In this document: one piece after another, positions 37,715 to 46,170 of the stretch | How positions within the stretch are numbered: the stretch's first letter is position 1 | Layout of the letters: each line of letters opens with the position of its first letter | Program-made: the position numbers and the translations under genes | Source: an uncultured bacterium | Lineage (GTDB): Bacteria; Planctomycetota; UBA1135; UBA2386 | Direction: 5' to 3' | DNA length: 46,170 nt | Assembly (NCBI GenBank): GCA_963974725.1 | Contig: CAXBFC010000003.1 | Coordinates: 1-46,170, forward strand | The notes under the pieces: generated by a model | Told to the model about the DNA's origin: nothing | Databases searched by the model: none | The model's input: the letters and a program-made list of their open reading frames with translations, nothing else

Positions 37715-40700
37715 CTACCCGTCCAGCAGCTCTTCGAGTTCTGTTGCGAGCAGCCGCGCGATCAATGCGCGCGGCCACGGGTGGTCATCGAGAACCGAGC
37801 GAAGCAGATCGTGCAGCGCCTGGGCGCGCTCGATCTGGCCCGTACCGGCATGAGCGAGAGCCAACCATGCGAGCAGGGTTGGCTCGTTGGCGATGGGGTC
37901 GGCGGCTTGCTCAAGTTGGCGGAGCGTGTCGAGCGCTTCATTGGGATCACCGGCCCTCAAACGAACGACGGCCGAGAGCCTGAGCAGCGAGCGATCCGAC
38001 GGGTCAGTGGCGAGGTCGCGCGCCATCTGCGCAAGCATCATCGACGCATCACGAAGCTCTGTTGTGATGTGGCCACATGCCAAGACACGCTCTGCATAGC
38101 GGCCAATGATGAGCGCCGCGGAATCGGACGCGTGCAGGATGCGTGCCGCAAGGCTTCTCTCCCTAGTCGACAGTTCTGTGTGTGCGATTCCCTCGGAATC
38201 GGTCAGGTTTCGCCTCGCTCCACTGACACTGCCTGCAGCGACCTGCTTGGCGGTCCAGGTCCATGCGCGGTCGAACTCGGGGTCATCGATGCGGCGGCAC
38301 TCGAAACGCAGTTGACGCGCCCCCGGACCGGAGTCCTGCGACTTCGTGGCTGCCAACAGGGCGCTAGCCTTCCTAGACTCTCCTTGTCGCCACAGACAAA
38401 GTGCCATGGTCAAACGGGCAACCGTGTTGTCTGGGTGATCGTCGAGATAGCGGTCGAGCAAGATCACCGCAGATTCCAAGTCGCCAAGTCGGTAGAGGGC
38501 CAGTGCATGCTCACTGGTAAATCGGTTGTTTGCACCTTGTTGGTGCTGGCCGATCGCGAACTCATACCAAGCACGCGGCAAGAACGGAATGAACGCGGAG
38601 CGAGTCGGGTGGATCGCGGAATCCTCGTCGGCGAAGACGAGGAGACTTACCGTCATCCGCGTGACCGCGGAAGTATCGAACCTATCGCGCGGCACAACCC
38701 CAGTGCGGGCCATCGCCTTGAGAATCGACCGCCTGCCACTCGAAGCAAGCGTTTCGGCAATGGAGTCGTCGGGGTCGGGAGGCGAACTGGACGCGAGAAC
38801 ATCGAGCGCTCCCCCGTCGAGGACGTGCACCCTGCCGGAGCTTTCGCCAACGGTAAGCCAGCGTCCGGACGCTTCGAACGAGGCCCAGGTCACGTTCGTC
38901 GGGAACGTTACAGTCAGCATGGCCGTGCGGGTCTCGCGATCCACCAAACTGACAGTCTCCCCCAGGCACTCAACGTCCATCATTTCCAAAGGATGGGCCG
39001 CTTGCTGCGTGGTCGGCGTTTCGCGGTCACGGGATACAACATCCCAAGCACTGATCACATCGCTGCAAGCATCCCAGATGGCACGGCATCGATCGGTCGC
39101 AATAGTCCATTGGCCGTTTGGGATCATGCCAACGGTTCGAATCGGAGCATTGTCGATCTGCGACGACAACCCGCTGCCGGCCGCATGCAACCGGAATCGA
39201 CGCGTGTTGTCAGACCCGATTGCATAGAAGCCTCCGGGGGCCGAGGCGAATGCGCACACGGGTTCTTGCAGGCCATCGAATCGTGCAACATTCTCAAGCC
39301 GCAGGTCAAGGCGTTCGGCGCGGCCCGACCTACGGCCAATCATGACGTGCATGTCGTCAGAGGCCCAGGCCACCGCCGTCACTTCGACCGAGCCAAGGTC
39401 CTGCCTACCGAAGCGAACGTTGGCGTCGACATCCCAAGTTTCGATTCGCCAATGACGAGGCTCGCGCACGTTGCGCAATACCAGCGCCAACTTTCGCGTG
39501 TCACCCGACCAAGCTGCTCGTTCAATGAACGCGTCAGGGAATACATGTCGCCAGTCGGGCTGTCCGGGCTCGCGGATTGCTTGCGCCTTCTGCCCGCCGC
39601 TCCCGGGGGCCGCAACGACACGCAAGCTACGCGCACCATTCGCCGACACCGCCATGACACCCTGTGGTGGATCACTAGCCTCGGCCGTCTCGGGACGCAC
39701 AACGACAAATCCACCGTCAAGCCGGCGCGCATGAAAGCGCCACGGCCAGCGACGATGCTTCACGGGCACCTCGTTCAACAGCTTGCGCGCAGCACGCAAA
39801 TCACCGGCATCGACCAGCCGACCAACCTCGGCAGAAACCCATGCAAACGCATTGGGCCCAATCCCCCGACCAGCGGCGGTCCACGCCCATGCGCTAGTGC
39901 CTGCCAGTGCCACACTCATAAGCAACCCGATTGCCATTCCTGGACGGTGAGCAACAAAGCGCTGGATGCGGGTTGTGTAGGCCAGGTGGAACCGTTCGAT
40001 CTGACCACCGTCACGAACCGCCTCGAGATCCGAGAGCAACGCAGTGGCATTCGGATAACGATCCTCTCGCTCAACCGACAGACCGCGCATGATGACGTCC
40101 GAGAGGCCAGCAGGCAGGTCCGGGACGATATCGCTCAATCGCTTGGGCTTGCCCAGCCGCAGAGCCCTTCGGTACGCGGCTGCATCGCATCCGTCGTAAG
40201 GGAGATGCCCGGCAACTGCCTGATACATAGTGACGCACAAAGCAAACACATCCGCTTCGAGACCAATGGGTTGACCATCGGCATACGCCTGTTCCGGCGC
40301 CATGTAGCCGACGGTGCCAAACCGGTCGCCAGGCTGTGTCAAGGTGACATCTGCGTGCTCATTGAGATCACGCGCCAAGCCAAGGTCCATCACCGTGACG
40401 CGATCGTCATCACCAATCATTACGTTACTTGGTTTGAAGTCGCGATGGGCGATCGATTGCTCGTGCGCGTAGGCAATCGCGCCTGCGAAATCAATGCCAA
40501 CGCGCAACATGCGAGCAACCCAAACGTGGTCCGGTGCAACTCCAGACCGGCGACGCTCGCGCAGCATCGTCGCGAGCGTCACTCCGGCCAACCAGGGCAT
40601 GACAAAGTGCGGTCGATTTTGGTGCGATCCAAACGAGTGAATTGGGCAGATCCCTCGATGGTCCAGGCGGGCAATGATTTGCGTTTCACGCTCGAAGCGC

Positions 40701-41083
40701 CGCAGCGCTACTGGCGAATACCGCGCGTGGGGATGGATCACTTTGATCGCGACGGTGCGTCCGAGCCGCTCATCGATGGCCCTAAGGACAACACCTTGTC
40801 CGCCGCGTGCGACGAATTGCTTGATGAGCAAGTCACCGATGCGCTCGCCAATGCGAATGCCTGCGAGGGTCTCGGTTTCGGAATCGAAATCGCCTCGATG
40901 CAGCCGAGTCCATTCCTGTTCAAGGACCTTCTCGTAGCCCGGAAACAGAACTTGGTAGTCGCCGATCGAACGATCCCGCTCCTTGAGTTGATCGCGACGC
41001 ACCAGATCGAGGAACGCAGCTATCACTAGGTCAGCAAGATGCGAACGACTCTCTTCAGCCTCTTGTCTGGTTGCTTGCGTCAT
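37715..41083 (-). CDS. Ser/Thr protein kinase with TM, degenerate WD40 propeller and TPR region
   Basis: ARGGQGVV, VAIK, HRDFKPSN, DLGLA, GTVGYMAPEQ; TM MAIGLLMSVALAGTSAWAW; WD-like VTAVAWASD and VTWASFEASGRWL; TPR-like ALALYRLGD. Confidence 0.92.
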   Translation of the reverse strand: MTQATRQEAEESRSHLADLVIAAFLDLVRRDQLKERDRSIGDYQVLFPGYEKVLEQEWTRLHRGDFDSETETLAGIRIGERIGDLLIKQFVARGGQGVVLRAIDERLGRTVAIKVIHPHARYSPVALRRFERETQIIARLDHRGICPIHSFGSHQNRPHFVMPWLAGVTLATMLRERRRSGVAPDHVWVARMLRVGIDFAGAIAYAHEQSIAHRDFKPSNVMIGDDDRVTVMDLGLARDLNEHADVTLTQPGDRFGTVGYMAPEQAYADGQPIGLEADVFALCVTMYQAVAGHLPYDGCDAAAYRRALRLGKPKRLSDIVPDLPAGLSDVIMRGLSVEREDRYPNATALLSDLEAVRDGGQIERFHLAYTTRIQRFVAHRPGMAIGLLMSVALAGTSAWAWTAAGRGIGPNAFAWVSAEVGRLVDAGDLRAARKLLNEVPVKHRRWPWRFHARRLDGGFVVVRPETAEASDPPQGVMAVSANGARSLRVVAAPGSGGQKAQAIREPGQPDWRHVFPDAFIERAAWSGDTRKLALVLRNVREPRHWRIETWDVDANVRFGRQDLGSVEVTAVAWASDDMHVMIGRRSGRAERLDLRLENVARFDGLQEPVCAFASAPGGFYAIGSDNTRRFRLHAAGSGLSSQIDNAPIRTVGMIPNGQWTIATDRCRAIWDACSDVISAWDVVSRDRETPTTQQAAHPLEMMDVECLGETVSLVDRETRTAMLTVTFPTNVTWASFEASGRWLTVGESSGRVHVLDGGALDVLASSSPPDPDDSIAETLASSGRRSILKAMARTGVVPRDRFDTSAVTRMTVSLLVFADEDSAIHPTRSAFIPFLPRAWYEFAIGQHQQGANNRFTSEHALALYRLGDLESAVILLDRYLDDHPDNTVARLTMALCLWRQGESRKASALLAATKSQDSGPGARQLRFECRRIDDPEFDRAWTWTAKQVAAGSVSGARRNLTDSEGIAHTELSTRERSLAARILHASDSAALIIGRYAERVLACGHITTELRDASMMLAQMARDLATDPSDRSLLRLSAVVRLRAGDPNEALDTLRQLEQAADPIANEPTLLAWLALAHAGTGQIERAQALHDLLRSVLDDHPWPRALIARLLATELEELLDG

Positions 41084-41164
41084 GTCTCGGTCAGGGTAGG
41101 ATCGCGTCCCAAGGGAAGGCGGACCGGATGGTCACGCATCCTACCATTGCCCTGCTTTCGACCA

Positions 41165-41809
41165 ATGACCACTGAATCGAACGAATCGCAAGCAAGCGAG
41201 CTCGGCTGCACATCGATTCATGTTCGTCGCGCCCGTGAAGGTGATGACGAAGCGATTCGCTGGCTGGTCGATCGATTCACGCCAGCGCTAATGGCTTCCG
41301 CGCGCTACCGTCTCGGCAATCACCTTAGGCGCCACTACGAACCCGAGGACTTGGTTCAGGATGTTTGGTGTGTAGCACTCACACGACTGCACGAGCTTGT
41401 GCCGCGCGAATCTCGGTATACGCCGGTTCTGCTGCGCTTCTTGGCATCGATCATGTGGCGGGCTCATGCAAACCTGCTTCGGAAGCACGTCAGAGGAAAG
41501 CCTCTGCTCGTCGAGAGAAACGTAACCGGGTCGCAAATCCTTGATCGCATATCAGCGTCGAACACAGGAGTCGTGGAGCGCGCGGTGCGAAGCGAGCAAA
41601 CGACGCGACTACTCCAAGCTCTCGACCGGCTGAAGCCAACCTCACGAACGATCGTTATTCTCCGTGGCTTGGAACAGGTCCCAAACCACGAAGCTGCGGT
41701 GCTATTAGGTGAACCAGAAAAAACGGTCGCCGCCCGCTACCAGCGTGCGCTTGCGCAACTGCGCGAACTCGTCCCTGGATCTTTGATGGAAGACCTGCCT
41801 GGAGATTGA
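41165..41809 (+). CDS. ECF sigma-70 factor, divergent from the kinase
   Basis: ATG 41165; RAREGDDEAIRWLVDRF...EPEDLVQDVW...ALDRLKPTSRTIVILRGLEQVPNHEAAVLLGEPEKTVAARYQRALAQLR. Confidence 0.9.
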   Translation: MTTESNESQASELGCTSIHVRRAREGDDEAIRWLVDRFTPALMASARYRLGNHLRRHYEPEDLVQDVWCVALTRLHELVPRESRYTPVLLRFLASIMWRAHANLLRKHVRGKPLLVERNVTGSQILDRISASNTGVVERAVRSEQTTRLLQALDRLKPTSRTIVILRGLEQVPNHEAAVLLGEPEKTVAARYQRALAQLRELVPGSLMEDLPGD

Positions 41810-41810
41810 G

Positions 41811-41990
41811 ATGACAGACAAGGGAAACAAAGGCTGCAACTACGAGGGGACTCCGGTTCCGCATGGAGACAAAGTGTGTTCCAAGGAGACCAATACCTTG
41901 CACGAATGCATCAACGGCACGCTCAAGGATACTGGCGTGCCCTGCCCACCATCCGGCACGGGAGACGACGGAGAAAAGGGCAACGGCTAA
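41811..41990 (+). CDS. 59-aa four-cysteine small protein
   Basis: Below the ORF-track cutoff. MTDKGNKGCNYEGTPVPHGDKVCSKETNTLHECINGTLKDTGVPCPPSGTGDDGEKGNG*; starts 1 nt after the ECF stop, GGAG RBS at 41801. Confidence 0.65.
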   Translation: MTDKGNKGCNYEGTPVPHGDKVCSKETNTLHECINGTLKDTGVPCPPSGTGDDGEKGNG

Positions 41991-42171
41991 GGCTGATTAG
42001 CGGCGAGATCATCCAAGCACGCGGGCGATGGCATCGCCCGTGGATCGCGGCAATTCGCCGCAATGCTCCATACATGCATTGGCGCTCGGATCCGTCCCTC
42101 GTGATTCACGTCACACCAGCGCCCCCAGCCAGACCACTGCCTGCGGCCAGGCCCCTTGCAGCCCGATACGA

Positions 42172-43260
42172 TCACGCAAGGATCACCGCCAAGACGAACG
42201 CGACTCCCGCAATCCACACAGTCGTCAAACCACCGGCCAACAATGGCCGCACACCGGCGCGCACGACCTCGCGCAGCGAACTCTTCAACCCGAGCGAAGC
42301 CATTGCAAGGGTCATGGCGAACGTGCACAGCTGGCGCAACCCGTCAGCGAGCGCTTCGGGCACCAACCCAGCGGCATCCATCACCGCGACCGCAGCAAAC
42401 CCGAGCACGAACCACGGCACGATGATGCGTCGCGAACCGCCCGCCATCGTGCGACGCGCTACGACGCCGCCGAGCAACAAGCCGAGTGGCAACAGGTGTG
42501 CGACGCGCACCAGCTTGATGATGCTCGCGGATTCGCCGCATGCTTCGCCGCGCGCGTAGCCAGCGGCCACGGCTTGTGCAACTTCGTGAATCGAACCCCC
42601 GACCCAGAAGCCATAGACATCTGCCTCGAGCTGCAACCAGGAGCCGATCATGGGCAACGCCAGCATGGTCACCGTACCAAACAAGGTCACCATGGTCAGC
42701 GCTTGGGTGACTTCGCGATCCTTCGCCTTCAATACCGAGTCTGCAGCAGCGATGGCGGCAGCACCACAGATCGCGTGGCCGGATGCAAGCAGCCACGCGA
42801 GGTTTGGCGACAAGCCGAGGCGGCGGCTGATCCAGTAGCCAAACAGCAGCGTCGTGGTGACGATCGCGGTGACGGCAAGCAAGCCACTGGCACCAACTGC
42901 AGCGACTTGTGGCAAGCCAATGCGCAGACCGAGCAGCACGATCGCGAACCGCAGCACGGGACGGCAGGCGAAGTCGAGACCTGGCAGAGCCGCGCTCGGC
43001 ATGGGGCGAAGCTGGGCTAGCGCGAGGCCCAGCAACAGCGACACGACCATCGATCCCGCGACGATGCCGAACGTCGCGAGCAGTGGTGTCAGCAGCGTGG
43101 CCATGACCGCGACTCCCGCGGCCAGCAGCAAACCCGGCAGCAGATGGGCACGCGGACTCGGGCCGCCAGTTACCTGGCCATCCTGGGACCGCCCCCCACT
43201 CGTGGGGACAGGCACGCCAACCGGCAGGATGGAAGGTTCGATGCGGGCAACGGTGATCAT
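42172..43260 (-). CDS. yeiH: YeiH/UPF0324 family membrane protein (putative sulfate exporter family)
   Basis: LRFAIVLLGLRI, GHAICGAAAIAA, GFWVGGSIHEVAQAVAAG, IIKLVRV, VPWFVLGF, AMASLGL; divergent from a LysR gene. Start approximate. Confidence 0.9.
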   Translation of the reverse strand: MITVARIEPSILPVGVPVPTSGGRSQDGQVTGGPSPRAHLLPGLLLAAGVAVMATLLTPLLATFGIVAGSMVVSLLLGLALAQLRPMPSAALPGLDFACRPVLRFAIVLLGLRIGLPQVAAVGASGLLAVTAIVTTTLLFGYWISRRLGLSPNLAWLLASGHAICGAAAIAAADSVLKAKDREVTQALTMVTLFGTVTMLALPMIGSWLQLEADVYGFWVGGSIHEVAQAVAAGYARGEACGESASIIKLVRVAHLLPLGLLLGGVVARRTMAGGSRRIIVPWFVLGFAAVAVMDAAGLVPEALADGLRQLCTFAMTLAMASLGLKSSLREVVRAGVRPLLAGGLTTVWIAGVAFVLAVILA

Positions 43261-43351
43261 CAGGTGCGGCAGCATCGACTTGTTCTGCCCATCGGTCCAA
43301 TTGAACGTTTCGCCATGTATGATCTGCTCAGCTGATGATTCACCAAACCGC

Positions 43352-44263
43352 ATGATCACCCTTCGCCAGCTTGAGATCTTCGTCGCGGTCGCCAACCGCG
43401 AGCACGTCACCGCGGCGGCAAACGCCGTGCACTTATCACAATCAGCTGTCAGCACAGCACTTGCCGAGCTAGCTGACCGGCTCGGCGGGCCGCTGTTCGA
43501 ACGGGTCGGCCGCCGCATCGTCTGTAACGACCGCGGTCGCAAGCTGGCTGAAGACGCCACCGACCTACTGTTGCGCGCGTCCGACCTCGTGCAGCACTAC
43601 AACCACGGCGAGATCCTCAAGGGCAGCCTGCGCATCGGGGCAAGCTCGACGATCGGCACCTACCTGCTGCCGGAACTGATCGGCACATTCGTGGCGGCGC
43701 ACCCCGAAGTCGACATCAACCTCGAGATCGGCAACACCGAGGCGATCGAGGACCAACTGCGGTCGCAGCAGCTCGACCTGGCGTTTATCGAGGGGCCTTC
43801 GCACCACCCCCAGATCGCCGCTACCCCTTGGCGAACGGACGAACTGCTGGTGTTCGCCGCTTCGGACCACAAGCTCGCCAAGCGGCGGCAGTTGTCAGTC
43901 GACGATTTGACGGCCGAACGGTGGATCATGCGCGAGCCCGGTTCGGGAACCCGTTCGGTCTTCGAAGATGCTCTGCGCAGTCACGACGTGCAGCTGCACG
44001 CGGCCCTGACGTTTGGCAGCAGCGAAGCGGTCAAGCAGGGCGTTCGCACCGGGCTCGGGTTGGGCTGTCTGTCCGAGCTCGCGGTGCGGCGCGAGGTTGC
44101 GTCAGGTGACTTCGTGGCGCTCAAGGTGAAGGGACTCGACCTGCAGCGGCGGCTGTGGCGTATCGCCAGGGAAGCGGGCTACCAGAGCAAGTTGCAGCGG
44201 GCCTGCATCGAGCACATGGCACCCACCGGGCGCGCGTCGAAATCACGCAGGAAGCCGCGCTGA
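43352..44263 (+). CDS. yeiE: LysR-family regulator, YeiE/CysL-like
   Basis: MITLRQLEIFVAVA...VTAAANAVHLSQSAVS...LFERVGRR; GASSTIGTYLLP, GNT, FIEGP, MREPGSGTR, GSSEAVKQ; canonical yeiE-yeiH divergon. Confidence 0.92.
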   Translation: MITLRQLEIFVAVANREHVTAAANAVHLSQSAVSTALAELADRLGGPLFERVGRRIVCNDRGRKLAEDATDLLLRASDLVQHYNHGEILKGSLRIGASSTIGTYLLPELIGTFVAAHPEVDINLEIGNTEAIEDQLRSQQLDLAFIEGPSHHPQIAATPWRTDELLVFAASDHKLAKRRQLSVDDLTAERWIMREPGSGTRSVFEDALRSHDVQLHAALTFGSSEAVKQGVRTGLGLGCLSELAVRREVASGDFVALKVKGLDLQRRLWRIAREAGYQSKLQRACIEHMAPTGRASKSRRKPR

Positions 44264-44325
44264 CGGCGGTAGCTCAGTAGTTTTCGCCGGCTCGCTGCGT
44301 ACGATTGTTGCCCTTAGGTTCCAAT

Positions 44326-45594
44326 ATGTCTCAAGCTCCCAGCCACGATTCCACTCTCGCCCAAGACGTTGCCGGCTTCTGCCAGCAGCAGGTCCCAGAC
44401 GCCCAACAAAGCCGTGCGAGTTTCCCCAACTCGGATCTTTGGGCGGCCGTCGCCAAGACCGGAACGGGCCTCTGGCTCGACACCGGCGACGTTGAGGCGG
44501 CGCGAGCATTGTGGACGCAGGAGTTCGTCGCGCTGACGACCAACAACAGCCTGCTCAACAACGAAGTGCAGAAGGGCATCTACGACAAGCTGGTGCCCGG
44601 CACGGCGAAGCTGCTGAAGGACAAGGGCGTCACTGGCAACGACGTCGTGCAAGAGGTCGCGTTCGTGCTCAACGCGGTGCACGGCCTGAAACTGGTGCGC
44701 ACGTTTGATGCCGACGTCTCGGTCGAGCTGCACACGGCGATCAGCAACGACGCCGAAGCGAGCTACCAATACGGCAAACGATTCCACGCGATCTGCCCCG
44801 ACCGCTTCATCGTCAAGGTGCCGCTGACGCCAGCGGGCTTGCTCGCGGCGCGCCGCTTGTCCGATGACGGCATTCGCTTGAACTTCACGCTCGGCTTCTC
44901 CGCGCGCCAGAACTTGCTGATCGCATCGCTGGCGAAGCCGACCTGGGTCAACGTGTTCATGGGCCGCATCGGCGCGTTCATCGCCGACAACAAGCTCGGC
45001 GACGGCAAGAACGCTGGCGAGAAGGCGACGCTCGCCAGCCAACGCGCGCTGCGCAAGTTGCGTGACAGCGGTGGCCCGGACGTTCGCCAGATCGGTGCTT
45101 CGATCCGCAACGGCGAGCAAGTCAACGACCTGCTTGGCCTCGACGTGTTCACAATCCCGACGGGCGCCGCCAAGGGCTTCGTCGACCTCAACCCGGCGGC
45201 CGACACGATCGTCGACAAGACCGGCAACGATCCAGCCGTGAACTTTGCCGCCGGCATCGATGCGGATGCCGAAGGTCTCAACTGCTTCTGGGATGTCGGC
45301 GCGAAGTTCGAGAGGGCGGTCGCTGCGGCCGCCGCACTCGATGCAAACTCGGCTTCGGCAGCAGATGTACTGGCGACGCTGGCCAACAACGGGGCTGGCG
45401 ACTTGTTCCCGCAATACTCGACCGACGAAGCAGCGAAGATCAGTAGCGATGGCAAGATCCCGGTGCACGCCGCGTGGCAAGAACGCGTCAAGGCGGGTTC
45501 GGCGAGCTGGGATGGTACGCTGACCGCCGCAGCACTCGCGAGCTTCACCAAGGACCAGAACGCGCTCGACGCCCGCATCAGCGGGTTGCTGTAG
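44326..45594 (+). CDS. tal: transaldolase family protein
   Basis: LWLDTGD, TTNNSLL, VSVELH, IVKVPLTPAG (Schiff-base Lys), NFTLGFS, NVFMGR, ASIR. Confidence 0.88.
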   Translation: MSQAPSHDSTLAQDVAGFCQQQVPDAQQSRASFPNSDLWAAVAKTGTGLWLDTGDVEAARALWTQEFVALTTNNSLLNNEVQKGIYDKLVPGTAKLLKDKGVTGNDVVQEVAFVLNAVHGLKLVRTFDADVSVELHTAISNDAEASYQYGKRFHAICPDRFIVKVPLTPAGLLAARRLSDDGIRLNFTLGFSARQNLLIASLAKPTWVNVFMGRIGAFIADNKLGDGKNAGEKATLASQRALRKLRDSGGPDVRQIGASIRNGEQVNDLLGLDVFTIPTGAAKGFVDLNPAADTIVDKTGNDPAVNFAAGIDADAEGLNCFWDVGAKFERAVAAAAALDANSASAADVLATLANNGAGDLFPQYSTDEAAKISSDGKIPVHAAWQERVKAGSASWDGTLTAAALASFTKDQNALDARISGLL

Positions 45595-45610
45595 GGCAGC
45601 GGGTTCGGCC

Positions 45611-45640
45611 CGATGGCGCGATGGCCCGATGGCGCGATGC
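45611..45640. repeat. ~4 x 8-bp tandem repeat (CGATGGCS)
   Basis: cgatggcg cgatggcc cgatggcg cgatgc, 16 bp after the transaldolase stop. Confidence 0.8.
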
Positions 45641-45785
45641 GCTTGGGCCGCGAAACATGGCCCCCGACACCAGCACCGCCTCCGACACCGGCTGAGCCTA
45701 TCGTGAGAACAGTTGCGAACGGATCTGCGGCGAGACGGTCGGCTTCCGACCAGCGCGCAGCATGACGCCTAGCAAGCGGTCGTCG

Positions 45786-45830
45786 CAACTGTTCGTAGCA
45801 CAACTGTTCGCAGCGCAACTCCTCGCAGCA
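45786..45830. repeat. 3 x 15-bp tandem repeat
   Basis: caactgttcgtagca / caactgttcgcagcg / caactcctcgcagca. Confidence 0.8.
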
Positions 45831-45930
45831 AGGCCACGTGCGAATCAACTAGACGCGCGCGAAACGGCGTTGCGACGCGAACCGATACAACGACCGCCAC
45901 CGCCATCAAGCAACGCGTGCGGGTTCGCGG

Positions 45931-46170
45931 TCAGCGAACGACCCCGCCCAGTGTTGGCCCGACCTGCAGCGCACCACCGTCCCAGACCAGCGGGTGCAAC
46001 CAAAACTCGAGGCCCTGCATCGCCTGACTCAGCGAGGCGGTCTGAATCGTGAACGTCCCGAACCCCGGCCAGCCAGGTAGCGGCGCACTTGTCACCCCCC
46101 ATGGAGACAACGGGGATGCTGATCCGAGGGTTCGCATGGGGTATCGAGCTTAGCGAGCACCCCCAGTGGC
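45931..46170 (-). other. probable 3' end or fragment of a gene entering from the right edge, possibly frameshifted
   Basis: GFGTFTIQTASLSQAMQGLEFWLHPLVWDGGALQVGPTLGGVVR* resembles the shared C-terminal domain. That frame has a TAA at 46150-46152, so a shift (perhaps at the C6 run 46095-46100) would be needed. Confidence 0.3.

Noticed and set aside
37706-41029. 1107-aa plus-strand ORF fully antisense to the third kinase
   Set aside because: No recognisable motifs; it mirrors the kinase codons in register, a typical shadow ORF in GC-rich DNA. The minus strand has all kinase motifs.

Overview
GC-rich bacterial accessory region. The gene content suggests a Planctomycetota genome (inference): many ECF sigma/Ser-Thr kinase pairs, carboxypeptidase-regulatory-like membrane proteins and secreted proteins with a shared C-terminal domain. 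No rRNA, tRNA, CRISPR array or intact mobile element was seen. Housekeeping-type genes sit only at the edges: an arylformamidase-like hydrolase on the left, and yeiH/yeiE-like genes plus a transaldolase on the right. Main observations: (1) Two paralogous three-gene modules, ECF sigma -> membrane Ser/Thr kinase-TPR -> uncharacterised secreted protein (9381-14152 and 29837-34389). Both sigmas carry STGD in place of the canonical DAED motif. (2) A third, divergent kinase/ECF pair followed by a 59-aa four-cysteine ORF absent from the ORF track. (3) At least six unrelated secreted proteins share a ~100-130 aa C-terminal domain, and nine secreted proteins have Gln right after the predicted signal cleavage site. 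(4) An alpha/beta-hydrolase whose candidate catalytic Asp and His precede the nucleophile Ser (apparent circular permutation), fused to amphipathic helical repeats. (5) A DUF805-like membrane domain fused to an RND (AcrB-like) periplasmic headpiece lacking the transport helices. (6) A 77-bp ~90%-identical direct repeat 8.9 kb apart, an IS transposase remnant and several short tandem arrays. All family calls come from motif recognition by eye; no database search was run.
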